Of a stretch of 64,000 nucleotides of DNA, positions 1-13,798 are shown piece after piece. Within the stretch, counting starts at the first letter, position 1. Every line of letters starts with the position of its first letter. Below the pieces are notes generated by a model. That model saw only the letters and a program-made list of their open reading frames with translations, was not told where the DNA came from and did no database searches. A program made the translations under genes and the position numbers. The DNA lies in assembly GCA_002633005.1 (NCBI GenBank), contig NMRA01000075.1:198713-262712 (forward strand), given 5' to 3'. Origin of the DNA: Phoronis australis. Its lineage: Eukaryota > Animalia > Phoronida.

Positions 1-2782
1 CGACCTTTTGATGACACTCAGGGAATTGCCAAATCTATGTTCCATGAAATGAGCCAAGTTTCTGATGCCATATGAGGCATCAACCAGCCAGGGCACTCAC
101 TGCAGCCCCCAGTTAATCATGCCAACTAAAACGATGATTCGTTTTTGTTGTGATCACTTATTCCAACATGGTGGTGATATCAGTGGGGACACTGTTCATC
201 AGAATAGAGGAGCATCCCTCCAGGAGTGTGACTGGTTCTTCTCTTTCATGTATCACAAAGTGGCTATAAACCTGCACTCCACCAAAGAAACAAACTTTTG
301 ATTTAAACCACTTACTGCATAGAATTGTCCTTTACGCAGATGAAAAATGATTTGTGGGCAAACAATGGACAATTCGTTGAGAACATTCTTGGTGCATCAT
401 GGCATGATAAGCCAGAGAGCTTGCCCTGGAGGCTGGAAATCATCTATAATTTGACTATAAGGAACCATTTGGGATGAATTTCATAGTTTAAGTGGTCCAA
501 ATGAAAATTTGCTTTTCACAACAGGCTTGTTTACACAGGCTTGAAATAAAAAAATCAGGCGTGTGATTTTGCGCCTAGTTGATTACTGGGGACCACTGCT
601 TGAGGTGTTCTTAAAATATAACTACACAAACTAACCCTGAAATGTATACATGTTACACTTTCACTGAACACAGTTGTTGAGGAATGTCTTAATTTGTCCA
701 ATTTTCCACTCAGTGGGAAATGACAAACACAGCCCTCAAGAAATGACAGTTTCAATAGTGAAGAAAGTGAAAGGTGGTGTTTTTATTTGTTGCTTATTTA
801 ATTAACAAAGTAAAAGAATAACTTATAACACATTGTTCTTGCTTTTCGCATGCCATATGTCGAAGGCTTTGATGCAGTCAGTAGGAGGTTTAATATAATT
901 ACAGTCTTAGATCTGTTTTAAGAGGCAGAGGATTATGACTTTCAGGGTAGAAAATGATTGGGAAGAGAAACGTTGAGAAAAATTGGAAGCCGTGTGAAGT
1001 GCCATCTGTTGTGAGGTTGAATACCGGTTTATTTTATAATATGAAGAAAAGCGAACATAGTTACAAGACATAAAGTGGAGTTCCTTGATTGCTTCAACAG
1101 GAAGATTTGTTATTGCTAGCTCAGTTTATTCCAGTTTGACCTAATTAACGCTTTATGTGTCTTTGAGTCAATTTGGTATCTTATAAAACCTCAGTGGTAT
1201 TACGTAACCAATTACTGTAAAACTTGTGAGCAAAACCTTGGTATAGTAAGTCAAATAGCAAAGACTGGCCATTCTTAATTATTTTTTTAATTTTTACTTT
1301 AATTAACAATTGTACTCTCTTTAAAGACTTTTCTTACATGATGAGTCATAAGTTAACTAATTTATTATACCTAAGGATTCAAAGTCACCGACTTCAAAAA
1401 TGAAGAAGGTGAAATTACAAACAACTAAATAAATAAAATTTTTGTGGTCACAGCATGTATTCGATGTGAGGATTGGAGTTGAAAGTTACATGTTTTCAAT
1501 TAAGATTCAATTTGGCAAGTTAATTACAATTCAAGATAACAATCGTCTTAAGTTGTCCATTACTTGTTTTTTCAGTTTGCACATATCACTCATAAACAAT
1601 TATGCCTCAGACCATTCACTGCTATAGGTCTCAACTGCATCCTTACTCAGATGGGAAATGATTTCCAGACTTCGAAAGAACTAATGGTTTTTTTATTCCT
1701 TAATTGAGTCCAATTGCTCGGCACATAAAATGACACTCTGTGACCAGCCAACTTACAGAGCCTGGCCTCAAGCAATCAAAGTTCCGAAATCATCTCCAAA
1801 TTGTGAGGAGCAGTTTGAGACCAGTTTCAAAAGGGCGAGTGATCTGACTCAAAAGTTAGTTTTTGTGAAGAAAGGCAGGTTTATAGGTGCTTAAATTAAG
1901 AAAAAGTCAATAATACACAGGTACAGAAAGTAGTGGTTCATGCACAGATTGACCTTGTGTGTAACTTGCACACATACATTACAAAGGATTTGCGAGAGCG
2001 AATGGGATTCTGGAGAAATGCCCATCTCAGACATGGCAAAGATTATTTTTAAATGCTCAACTGGCTTAATGCCCATCCCAATATGTATTTCCATTACTAA
2101 CCCAGATTTGTAAGGTAACACAGTTTTCAACAGCAGAACAATCAATGAAGTTCCGCGTGGACTATTTCTGCTAGATGTATAAAGGTAAAATGGAAACCCT
2201 TGTTCCTTCAAATCTTTTCAAAATTACGTAAATTATAACTCATGAAATCCAATATTTCCAAGTCCTTAGTAAACTTATGTTATGCACATGAAAATAGTGC
2301 CCGAAGGTTTTTAGGCATGTGACCACATTTTTTTCTCAAAATTGTGTGTTTTCTATGGAGGTCACCAGGGAGACTTCCAGACTTTTACATGTAGCCTGAA
2401 GCTTTCAAACAGTAATATTCTCTTAGCGACATAACTGTCTGGAGTTTTCTTTTTTTATAGACTATGAGCTTGAGAACTTAGCTTTCGAAATGAAGACTTA
2501 CATTTGTGAAGAAATTCAGTCGCAAAACTTGCAATTCTCTTTATTCATTACTTAAAAATAATGCTCTTTAAGACTTCTTAGCTCAAGGTCTAAGAGTAAA
2601 AAAGAAAATTTTCACATGCCAAGTTACGCCGATCTTCCAAACAGATGGTAAACAATTGTTCTGTGACTTCACCGTTGGAGCATCATTTTTGGGCCATGCA
2701 ATACACCTCTGTGTTATTCGAAATTCTAAAAATATGAACGTTTGCATGGTTTAAATAGAGAATATTTTACCTTTTATTGCAG

Positions 2783-5700
2783 ATGGAAGAGAGAAAGCAT
2801 TTGTGCATTCTATAATGTCTTCAGGAGTGATGCACATTATTACAAGGGCATGCGCTAGTGGAGAAATGATGCATTGTGGGTGCAATGAAGACATCAGATA
2901 CAAGGACACAAAAGGTAATATCTTCAATACATTGATAACGTTAGTTTTTCCCAATTATTGATATGTGCTATTCATTTAGGTTTTACATTCAATGGAAATG
3001 AAGTATTTTTTGTTTTTGAGTTGACTTTTTACCAAAATTATTTGCAAAGATTGTGAGACATAAATTTGGCATATGACTTTATGAAAATGGCATGGAGAAA
3101 GCAACAAATTGCACGGTGGCGACACCTTCAAAATGATCAGGTAACAACTTCATGTTGTGGAAAGCTGATAAGGATGTACAACATTGTTGCCAACAGTTGA
3201 GAGTGACAAAACTCCGGGTACACCAGGATTGAAAGTTGGACATCCAGAAATAAAGCAGACAATCTGCATGCCAAAACACAAGGATGAAATGTCTCTGGTC
3301 AGACGCAAAGTGCTCCAACAGGTTTTTTAAGTAGAATGGGAATGCAGGGCTCTATCGCTTGGAAATCACTCTAATATTTATTTACCTAAACACCATTCAA
3401 CAAAGAATGGACTCACCGGAGACAGCCCAAGAGTTGTTATCTCTGCGGCGAAGGATGTTAAAGTTGAGTCTCCGATGAGTTGCCAGCAGTCACTGGTACG
3501 GTGCGCGGCTTTTGATGCTCTGCGGCATAGTCCTAACTATCCCCAATTCCCGTACCAGGATGAATTTTGAAAATAAGTCAATTTCACTACTTGTCAAAAA
3601 GGACAATTTGATGGTGAGGGACACTGGACAAACCTTCAAAAAGTGGATGGAGTTGGCAAGTTTTTTGTGAGCCAAAACCAGAGAGCACGATCTGAGTTAT
3701 CTCTACATGTGAATATAGGCAGATGAAAACAGCACGACATTATCTAATTGTAAAGTCGCTGGGGCATCAATCAAAAGCAATCCCAAGTCAGGCTGTTGAA
3801 AGCATTTCTGCCATTTTTTCACTGGGGTATACATTTAAAACGCTTCTTTAGCGCTGAACTTTTTTGAGGGGACTCACAAAATTACGTCAATTCCAGTATG
3901 GTGGATCTTGATGAGCCTGAATTCATGGTCGAGCCGGCCTCTATACCTGGTGACTGGGTGTGCTATTTCTTATTGACTATTCAGAAGAAAAAAGTACCTC
4001 TACTGAAGCTTCAGTAATTCCCTAATATGCACAGAAGCATATCACTCTGAAGAAAGTGTTGAATTGTTGGCTGAGTGGTGTTTTAGGGTTTAAAAATATT
4101 ACTGAATGAATGACACTTCAAGTCATAGACAATGTGTACATGCGCCAATTTCGAATTTGCAATTTTAGAGATGGCCAACCTCAATAAACTCTCATGCGTT
4201 TTCTTGAGTAGTTGATGGTTTTGTGTTCTTAAAATGAAAGTACAATCCTCCTTTTGAGGTTGATTTTATGTAAATAAAAGGCGTAACTGATATTTGCTTT
4301 TTTACCAAGGCAAAATGGTGCTTAAAGCAGCATCTGTGATTGAATTTGATGTAACTATCCTCTTGGTCTAGATTATCAGCTCATTGTTAAATTTGTGTCT
4401 TTTGCATCATGCTCAGGTAAATTTGAATGGGGAGGTTGCTCACACGACACACGGTACAGCGACGGGTTTACTGCACAGTTTGTAGATAACCAGAAGGACA
4501 ACTCTGTCATTGATATGATGAACAAATGGAACAACAAGGCTGGCAGACAGGTAGGGACATCTATTGCTGAACCAGATGCATGAGATGACAGGAATGCCAC
4601 TGGGATAATTATTCTACTCTGTAATTTTTTGAAAATCAAAAAAGTGTTAACTTTGTTAACCCAATTCGGTAGCCAAAAGCGAGATATACTTTTGTGTGGA
4701 CAAATAGTTACCACCACAAGCAGTTCTGTCACCTATTGTGTTGGAGATTTGATAAAATGTTATTTCTCAGCATTATCAGAAATTCTCTAATCTCATCGGG
4801 CTGTCATTATACCACTGATGTGCTGTGGGATATTCAAATGATCCTGTGTGTCAGGAATAAAAAAGAGCGAGCGAAAGTCTCTTTTTTGCCACCCTCGCAA
4901 CACTAAAGTGTCGGATGTCCATTATTAGATTGAGTGTTATTTGTCATGAGCAAATTTAATTGATAGTAATTTAAAACATAATTTATGACAAGATTTTTTT
5001 ATTGAATTCATGTCAATCATATCTATATTTCATAAGAATGATATATGATACATATTGTTGACAAGGATTCGCATTAATGTTTGATATAATATTATTCATG
5101 CAAACTTTATAGTCAATCGTTATAATTTGTATCGCTGAATAAATCTATCTGGGGGAATAAACATTTACCAGAAGATGAATTCGTGTGCCATCACGCAGCT
5201 CGTGACATGGGAGGCAACTTCTGTCATATCACCCCAAATCATGTGGTCTGGCGTAATTGCAAAAATAATCGAAAAAAAAATTCGTTATTTTTTATAAAAC
5301 TGCCATGTCTGGAATGCTGCATGGTAATTAGATAGTTGAGGTGGCTAAAAGTTTGAGGAGATGGCAATGATATCCGTTGGGCACTGAGTATGAACTATAG
5401 TCAGACTGCTGATCATAATTATCAGCCTGATATAAATTCACTTCAACCAAGATTATGGTGTGTTTGGTAATACACGGCCAGGTAAAATTATCATTTTTTA
5501 GATACAAACAATTGCCAAATTTGCCCTTACTCCATTTTCTGAAAAATGTATGTTTAATGCTCAATAAAAACATAAAATTGGAAAAACGCTATCACTTGAT
5601 GCTACTGGTTTCTTTTTGTGTAAAAATTTGAGAGCAAAAAGTCAATTTTTGCCATCTTGTGAAATGAAGGTAAAAATTTTACCACGTAAAGAAAGGATTG

Positions 5701-6759
5701 ACAGAGATAATTACCTTTTTCTGTTTTGCGAAGTGTTGATAGACATTCTTCATGCCAAATAGGGAATCATACTTAAACCAAGTCTTAATTGACCTATCGC
5801 CAGGATTTTGAGCAACTGATTAACTGACCATTTAGAACGAATCATTATTGACACAACTTCGTTTCCAAGCCACCATTTTACCCGACAAACAACACGTTGC
5901 CGGGTAAAACTTATTCTTTGTTAGTTGACATTACACAAGGGGACGGAGCTTGCGATTGGTCAATAACATAGGAGGCAGTGGGGCCAAGTCTGGGGGTGCT
6001 TGCTTGCTTTACTGAAGGTCGTGGGTTCGAGTCCCACTGAATCACACTGCTAGACCCTTGAGTCGGGTTTCAAGCTCCTCAGCTCGGTTTTAACTATATA
6101 TTAATAAATATGGTTCCAGGTGATCTGTGCAATGGGCCCACATGCGTGGCCTGCGCACGTCTGGTACGTACGTGTATCAGACCGGCTGCAATTATTTTTT
6201 ATTATTAAAATCATGATAATATAAACAATACATATGTCACAAATTCATTTAAGCCTGTGTTTAGTTTGCAATTTGGACTCATAAGGAACTCTTGCTTCAG
6301 GTCATCAAGAAAAGCCTCCGTTTGGTCTGCAAATGTCATGGCATCAGTGGCTCATGCTCACTCAAGATCTGCTGGAAAATGCTTACTGACTTCCACGTGA
6401 TTGGCAAGAAGCTCCAGCAGAGATACAATGGGGCCAGTCAGGTTAAACTGAATAAAAAAGGCAAGAGGCTGAAACCAGTAGATGACAAGCTGAAAAAGCC
6501 GAAGAAAGCTGATCTGGTGTACTTGGATAAGTCACCAGACTACTGTGAGCCGGATGCCAAAAGTGGCTCACTGGGGACGCACGGACGCCGATGCAACATG
6601 ACCAGCCTCGCTATGGACGGCTGTCAATTAATGTGTTGTGGGAGGGGTTACTATACAGTGGAGGAAGAGGTTATTGAGGAAGACTGTCATTTTGAGTACT
6701 GCTGTCGAGTGGTGTGCGTGCCCCGTCCCATTAAAGTGGAGTTCCATTATTGTAACTGA
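2783..6759 (+). CDS. WntA: Wnt ligand, WntA-like; last three coding exons (5' exons lie upstream of the window)
   Basis: Exons 2783-2914 (GREKAFVHSIMSSGVMHIITRACASGEMMHCGC...), 4417-4550 (FEWGGCSHD...MMNKWNNKAGRQ) and 6301-6759 (CKCHGISGSCSLKICW...LVYLDKSPDYC...CCGRGY...CN*). All have AG/GT boundaries with compatible phases (1,0). Wnt identity is unambiguous. The WntA subfamily call rests on Trp in the N-x-W-N-N motif (His in most Wnts) and needs a phylogeny. Confidence 0.93.
5760..5963. repeat. Dispersed repeat fragment; inverted relative copy at about 32451-32690
   Basis: gacaaacaacacgttgccgggtaaaacttattctttgttagttgacatt...gcgattggtcaata matches the reverse complement of attgacctatcacaaactcc...aataagttttacccggcaacgtgttgtttgt at 32451-32530. 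Confidence 0.7.
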
Positions 6760-8547
6760 GGCTTGGCAGAAATGAATGGCAATTTAAAGGTTTTGAACGC
6801 AACGACTGCAGATTGTGATCATAAAGAACAACGCTAATGTTAGTCAAAATCTGATGACCTATGAAGACAGATCCAATTTAAAAAATCATCCAGTATATTT
6901 TTCGTCAAATTATAATGGAAACCTGAATACTTGTGTCTAGTTTACGAGATCGATGCGTCATGCTTCTACTGGGCCTTTACTGATGGTTTTAGACCGTTGT
7001 ACGGGGCGTTGCTTAAAGTGACATTAAACCTGTGTGCTTTCTGTCAAGAAGTGTTGATTTAGGCCACTTACTGTCATGAAATTCTCACGAAATTTTCCTT
7101 AGCCAAAACAGGTGTGATCTCTGGACTTGAAAAGAACACACAGGCACTTGAAATTTCCATACTCGGAAGAAATAACTATCAGTGTCCCTGTGCTCAGAGG
7201 TCACCTCTTAACTGAGTAAGAAATTTAGGATAAGACCACTTTTATAATGGTGAGCCCCAACCAAAACTATGGCTTTAAAAAAGCACACAGTTTAATGCCA
7301 CTTTACGAGGATATAGACCCGACCTCCATCACAAAAAAATAACTTTAAATTTAGACTACTTATACTGTTATGAAATTGGTCTCAAATTTTCCTTAGTCAA
7401 ACAGGATACAATTTCAGGAATTCGAAAGACTGACAGTTTGTTATTATTGTCTGAGATCAAGCTTTATGGGTAGGCCTGTCACAGCGTGTCATTTTGTATG
7501 CAGAGCATGGCCTTGAAGAATAGCGATTAATGGTCTGCAACTGGGAAATTCCTTGTCCTGAGTAATACATGAAACCGGTTTCATAGTGATTTAAGTGGAG
7601 TAAATCACACGTTTGCTTCTTGGACATAACACGGGTTCATAAAACTGCTTTATCTTTTATCCATGATCAGCCTCTATTCAGACTTCCCCTGTGTGCTGAG
7701 CTAAGTGGGTCACCACTACAGATTCTGTAAACTCGCCCACAGCACTGAATGGGATAATATTAGCTTGGCCAGTGAACTCACCCACAGCAAGATAAGGGTT
7801 AAACAGTGATCAGTGATTAATGAGAAACGTTTGTCAACAAGTGGACAATATGAAAACCAAATTACCTCTTCGCATAGTGATTATCAAAAATGAAAAAAAA
7901 TATCAAAATTACAATACTGCAGTCCTCTACAATGTATAGTATGAAATTGTGGTGGGCAGCGTCTTTGTCTTCATTATGAAGACAGTCGGATGGCATTACA
8001 TGGAATCTCGTGGTACTTTTGTTTCAGACAGAATTTGCAGTATTGGTCTGCACAGGTGTTTTGGGAGTAATCAGGAGTGGAGTGTTCAGGGATGTTGTAA
8101 CGTGGTTCTAAAACTGTATTACGTTCAGCTGAGGATGCACTGAGCTTGTTTGTCTGATATGGTAATTGTATGGAAGCACCTGCTGGTATGAGGCTACCAA
8201 ATCACTTAAGAACACTCATGCCTAAGCTGCACAAGTCTCCATTGGTCAGTGTTGATAATTACTTTTGATACATCTCATAACAGTATTACAGAAATGTATG
8301 AAAGGATGTAAAAAGGTCGCAAAGGTAGTTGTTACGTTCAATTCACCATAAAGTTGAGAGTGGTAAAGAAACCTGTTGAACATTATAAATTAGTGGTTCT
8401 CAAGCACTGTTGTTGAAATACCAATTTGAATTTTTAGGACAAGCAACTCATTTGTCATAACCACAAATGTTCGAGTTCTAGTTACGTTGGAGTCATCTAC
8501 TGCTATCTGGGACCCAGTCTTGTGAAACACGGACAAATATTTCCCCG

Positions 8548-11500
8548 ATAAATTTCAACTCTTGACACTGAGAGACCGGAATTCAAACGCAGGTATGAAC
8601 CTGTTCGATTGTCTGAAATGACACACCTACACAATACGATACACAGGCTGATAGCATTCATGATAATACTATGGTGGTTCGTGTGCATATCTGCAGTAAG
8701 CATAATGTACAATGGAACGGGCCTTTTTTCAAATGCAATTTTCAAATACCAGTGACAATATTTAGATAGTTTCACTGTAATAATTGTCTTAGTCAAAAGT
8801 ACCATTATTTATTAGGACCACCTAGTGAATGAATGTAAAGTCACAGTTGAACTGGACTGCCTGTTACCATATACTTTATGACAGGTTTTGTAATTGAATA
8901 ATCATGCAATTAAAATTAGGTCGCTGTGATTACTATATAGAAACCAGAGTGATAGCAATTTGGATAGTACATGGTCATGTCAGAGCTGCTGCTGTGCAGA
9001 CTGTAATTTAATTTGTTTTGGGTCCCTCGTTTAATTTTCTTCGAATGAAAATGCTTCAAAGTTCAAGTGAGTTACATCTTGACTTGATTAAAGTATCATT
9101 TCAAGAAACTAGGTTTACGCTTCAGAATTTTGCACTTAAGGTAAATAGTCACCTCATCCGCTAGACATTTAAATATTGGTCCCGTAATCAGTGTTATTAC
9201 AGCATTCATAATATTATAGATTATTATTTTTATAAGACTGTACAGAATTGAAACACAAGCTTATGTTATTCCCAGTGAAAATAAACTGCTTTAATGTATG
9301 ACGGGCAACATATTAATAATCCTGGAACATTGAAGTACATATTAGCAAACATGTATTTAGCAGTTATCAAAGTTCTTTGATATTGTGTAATATTTATTTA
9401 CCATTTGTTGTTTGTATATTGAGGTGTATGTAACACTTTTATAGATTGAAAAACATGAAAATAAATATGGTAGGCCTACATATGGGCAGACTGCTAACAT
9501 TATGAAACACTATTAGATGGTTCAGTGAGATCTACACAATAAAAGCTAACCATTGGCGATGGTGTACTAATTTATATTAGACTTTCCATCAGAAGAGCTC
9601 ACGAAATTAAAAACGCATTATCATTTTATGAAAGCCACAGTCAGGGCTTTGTTTGAAAATAATGGTTTAATTGCGTGGTTTGCCATGGTTGCTTGTCATC
9701 AGGTTCATTTGGTATGGTGAGTTGGCATTCCTAATTATATGTGAAATCAGTATAGTTTGGTAGCAGCTCCTCATTAACGCAAATTTGATTGAAAACACGA
9801 ATGAACTTCCTGTTGCACAGGTTGATATACATTCACTCGTACTCTGTACATGTGTCTGAGGGTGAGATATGTGCTCTTAAAATATAACTACTGTTTGTTT
9901 GAAATGTCTATTGGCAGTTAACTCTACAACTGCGCACTGCAAGGTCGGAAATTGTACATAGTAGGAGCGAGTGTATACCAAGCTGTGGAACAGAAATTGC
10001 AGTTGTTGCATTTTCAATCAAAAAATTATGTATAACACCAAGGACTAACTGGATTTCATTGATTGCTTCAACGAGAGGATTCACAGCTGCTGACTTGCTT
10101 CAATCAATAATCTAGTTTTCAGTTTCCACGCAGAGCCAGTTTTAATTAATTTAGAATGGAACCATTTTTTTATTTTAATTGGGCAAGTCAGCGTCCCGTA
10201 CGATGAAAACCATTGACTGAAATAAGTTCACGGATTGGTTCAAAAGAAGAATCACAGCAGCTAATTAGATTTATTTCACCGTGAAGTCTGTGATTTTGGT
10301 TTGACCTCATTAGTTTTCCATTCTGCTTTAAATATGAATCACATCTGCTTTAATTGAAGATGCCATCAATCCAACTTCTGTCAAAAACCTAACGCGAATT
10401 GGTCACTTGATTTTGCAGCTTGACCTAATTACCAAGCAGAGGACCATAGGCGGGTCCAGGGGATCGAGTCAAGGGGGTCCGTACACCCCTTTCCCTAGAT
10501 TTTAGTGATGTCAAATATTGAATTTTTCAACTAATGACTTCGACCTTTCTAATTAAAAAAATCCTTGATCTGCCCCCCCTTTAAAAATCCTGGATATGCC
10601 GCTGAACACTTCATCTGAAAGTACCAGGATATTTCCGTTGACTCGAGATGCACTTGAGGCAAGAAACCTTCACTTTTGGAAGGGAAAATGTGAATTTTGT
10701 CCAATAACCAAACAATCAGTTTTGTGGTGGCCATGAACTTGACAGGGTATGTAAGATACCGAACAGTCAGGGAAAACTCACCTGATGTTGATGTGTTACT
10801 TACTCACGTGATCGTTGTATCTACGAAACGCACCCATGGTCTTGAAACCAGCACAATTCCAAATGCATGATGTAATGCAAATGATTGTCATGAAAATGCA
10901 GCGAGGACAAAAAAAAAACACACAAAAAAAAAAACGCCGGGTATTTTTAGTAAATCTATTGTCCATCAGACTTANATAAATTTCAACTCTAGACACTGAG
11001 AGACCGGAATTCAAACGCAGGTATGAACCTGTTCGATTGTCTGAAATGACACACCTACACAATACGATACACAGGCTGATAGCATTCATGATAATACTAT
11101 GGTGGTTCGTGTGCATATCTGCAGTAAGCATAATGTACAATGGAACGGGCCTTTTTTCAAATGCAATGTTCAAATACCAGTGACAATATTTAGATAGTTT
11201 CACTGTAATAATTGTCTTAGTCAAAAGTACCATTATTTATTAGGACCACCTAGTGAATGAATGTAAAGTCACAGTTGAACTGGACTGCCTGTTACCATAT
11301 ACTTTATGACAGGTTTTGTAATTGAATATCATGCAATTAAAATTAGGTCGCTGTGATTACTTTATAGAAACCAGAGTGATAGCAATTTGGATAGTACATG
11401 GTCATGTCAGAGCTGCTGCTGTGCAGACTGTAATTTAATTTGTTTTGAGTCCCTCGTTTAATTTTCTTGAACGAAAATGCTTCAAAATTCAAGTGAGTTA

Positions 11501-13414
11501 CATCTTGACTTGATTAAAGTATCATTTCAAGAAACTAGGTTTACGCTTCAGAATTTTGCACTTAAGGTAAATAGCCACCTCATCCGCTAGACAACATTTA
11601 AATATTGGTCCCATAATCAGCGTTATTACAGCATTCATAATATTATAGATTATTATTTTTATAAGACTGTACAGAATTGAAACACAAGCTTATGTTATTC
11701 CCAGTGAAAATAAACTGCTTTAATGTATGACGGGCAACATATTAATAATCCTGGAACATTGAAGTACATATTAGCAAACATGTATTTAGCAGTTATCAAA
11801 GTTCTTTGATATTGTGTAATATTTATTTACCATTTGTTGTTTGTATATTGAGGTGTATGTAACACTTTTATAGATTGAAAAACATGAAAATAAATATGGT
11901 AGGCCTACATATGGGCAGACTGCTAACATTATGAAACACTATTAGATGATTCAGTGAGATCTACACAATAAAAGCTAACCATTGGCGATGGTGTACTAAT
12001 TTATATTAGACTTTCCATCAGAAGAGCTCACGAAATTAAAAACGCATTATCATTTCATAAAAGCCACAGTCAGGGGCTTTGTTTGAAAATAATGGTTTAA
12101 TTGCGTGTTTTGCCATGGTTGCTCGTCATCAGGTTTATTTGATATGGTGAGTTGGCATTCCTAATTACATGTGAAATCGGTATAATTTCGTAACAGCCCC
12201 TCATTGACGCAAATTTGATTGAAAACACGAATGAACTTCCTGTTGCACAGGTTGATATACATTCATTCATACTCTGTACATGAGTCTGAGGGTGAGATAT
12301 GTGCTCTTAAAATATAACTACTGTTTGTTTGAAATGTCTATTGGCAGTTGACTCTACAACTGCGCTCTGCAAGATCGGAAATTGTACATAGTAGGATCGA
12401 GTGTATACCAAGCTGTGGAACAGAAATTGCAGTTGCATTTTCAATCAAAAAATTATGTATAACACCAAGGACTAACTGGATTTCATTGATTGCTTCAACG
12501 ACAGGATCCACAGCTGCTGACTTGCTTCAATCAATAATAATACAGTTTTCAGTTTTCACGCAGAGCCATCTTTGAATACCAGTTTTAATTAATTTAGGAT
12601 GGAACCGTTTTATTATTTTAATTGGGCAAGTCAGCGTCCCATATGATGAAAACCATTGACCGAACGGAGTTCACGGATTGCTTCAAAAGAAGAATCACAG
12701 CAGCTAATTAGATTTATTTCACCGTGAAGTCTGTGATTTTGGTTTGACCTAACTAGTTTTCCATTCTGCTTTAAATATGAATCACATCTGATTTAATTGG
12801 AGATGCCATAAATCCAACTTCTGTCAAAAACCCAACGCGAATTGGCCACTTGATTTTGTGGCTTGACCTAATTACCAAGCAGAGGACCATAGGCGGGTCC
12901 AGGGGGAGTCGAGGGGGTCTGTACACCCCTTTCCCTAGATTTAAGTGATGTCAAATATTGAATTTTTCAACTATTGACTTCAACCTTCCTAATTAAAAAA
13001 ATCCTTGATCTGCTCCCCCCCCCTTTAAAAATCCTGGATATGCCGCTGGAGACTTCATTTGAAAGTATCAAAAGACACTTCCATCGACTCGAGATGTACT
13101 TGAGGCAAGAAACCTTCACTTTTGGAATGGATAATGAGAATTTTGTCTAATAACCAAACAATCACTTTTGTGGTGGCCATAAACTTGACAGGGTATGTAA
13201 GATCCCGAACAGTCAGGGAAAACTCACCTGATGTTGATGTGTTACTTACTCACGTGATCGTTGTATCTACGAAACGCACTCATGGTCTTCAAACCAGCAC
13301 AATTCCAAATGCGTGATGTAATGCAAATGATTGTCATGAAAATGCAGCGAGGACAAAAAAAAAACGAAAAAAAACGCAGGGTATTTTTAGTAAATCTATT
13401 GTCCATCAGACTTA
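8548..13414. repeat. ~2.43-kb direct duplication (8548-10974 and 10976-13414) split by a single N; probably an uncollapsed haplotype overlap
   Basis: Both copies start ataaatttcaactc and end gtccatcagactta. The only base between them is N10975. The copies differ by scattered SNPs and small indels. Confidence 0.9.
10445..10604. mobile_element. Short MITE-like element with degenerate TIRs (second copy about 12888-13048 in the duplicated block)
   Basis: Left end cataggcgggtccagg versus reverse complement of the right end cagcggcatatccagg. No clear TSD. Confidence 0.5.
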
Positions 13415-13578
13415 ATGTCACTCTTCACCACATGAGCAAAAACACCAACCTCTTGGGAGCTTGACAAATTTGGGGAAAATTGACAAAAATAAGACAGACA
13501 CACAGAGCAGATATGGCTATGTATATATTATCAACAACTTTCAATGTAAAACAATCATAAATACAGTGTAAATAGGAG

Positions 13579-13798
13579 AAAGTTGAAAATGAAAACTGAG
13601 ACACGATTCATGATCCAATAGTCAACGTTTCGGTTCATTGACGTAAAACCGTTATCAGGAAACAACGTCACTAACCGGCAATACAACCAAAATACTAAAT
13701 GAACATCACAATGCAAGAGTAGTACTGGTAAGTGACAAGATAGTGATCACTTGACTACTTGGATCATGGATAGCGTCTCAGTTTTCGCTTTGAACTTT
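13579..13798 (-). mobile_element. Penelope-like element remnant: ~47-bp inverted repeat enclosing a degenerate minimal hammerhead ribozyme motif
   Basis: 13579-13625 and 13751-13798 are inverted copies. The minus strand of 13658-13623 reads CTGATAAC-GGTT-(11 nt)-AACC-GAAACGTTG, i.e. a CUGANGA-like core, stem II, GAAA and a palindromic AACGTT. Confidence 0.5.

Noticed and set aside
3090-3700. Coding-like, higher-GC stretch in a Wnt intron
   Set aside because: All frames I translated contain stops and I could not recognise any domain. It may be an old TE fragment but I cannot support that.
6010-6040. Functional tRNA gene
   Set aside because: Only the T-arm/B box is present; a cloverleaf cannot be folded.
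1640-7510. Short shared motifs at about 1640-1750, 7070-7510, 51165-51200 and 56375
   Set aside because: These are old, fragmentary dispersed repeats, and I could not define boundaries or a class.
8503-11233. Duplicated minus-strand ORFs (MVLLTKTIITVK..., 100 and 145 aa)
   Set aside because: No recognisable motifs. The duplication is explained by the haplotype overlap, and the longer ORF reads through the N.
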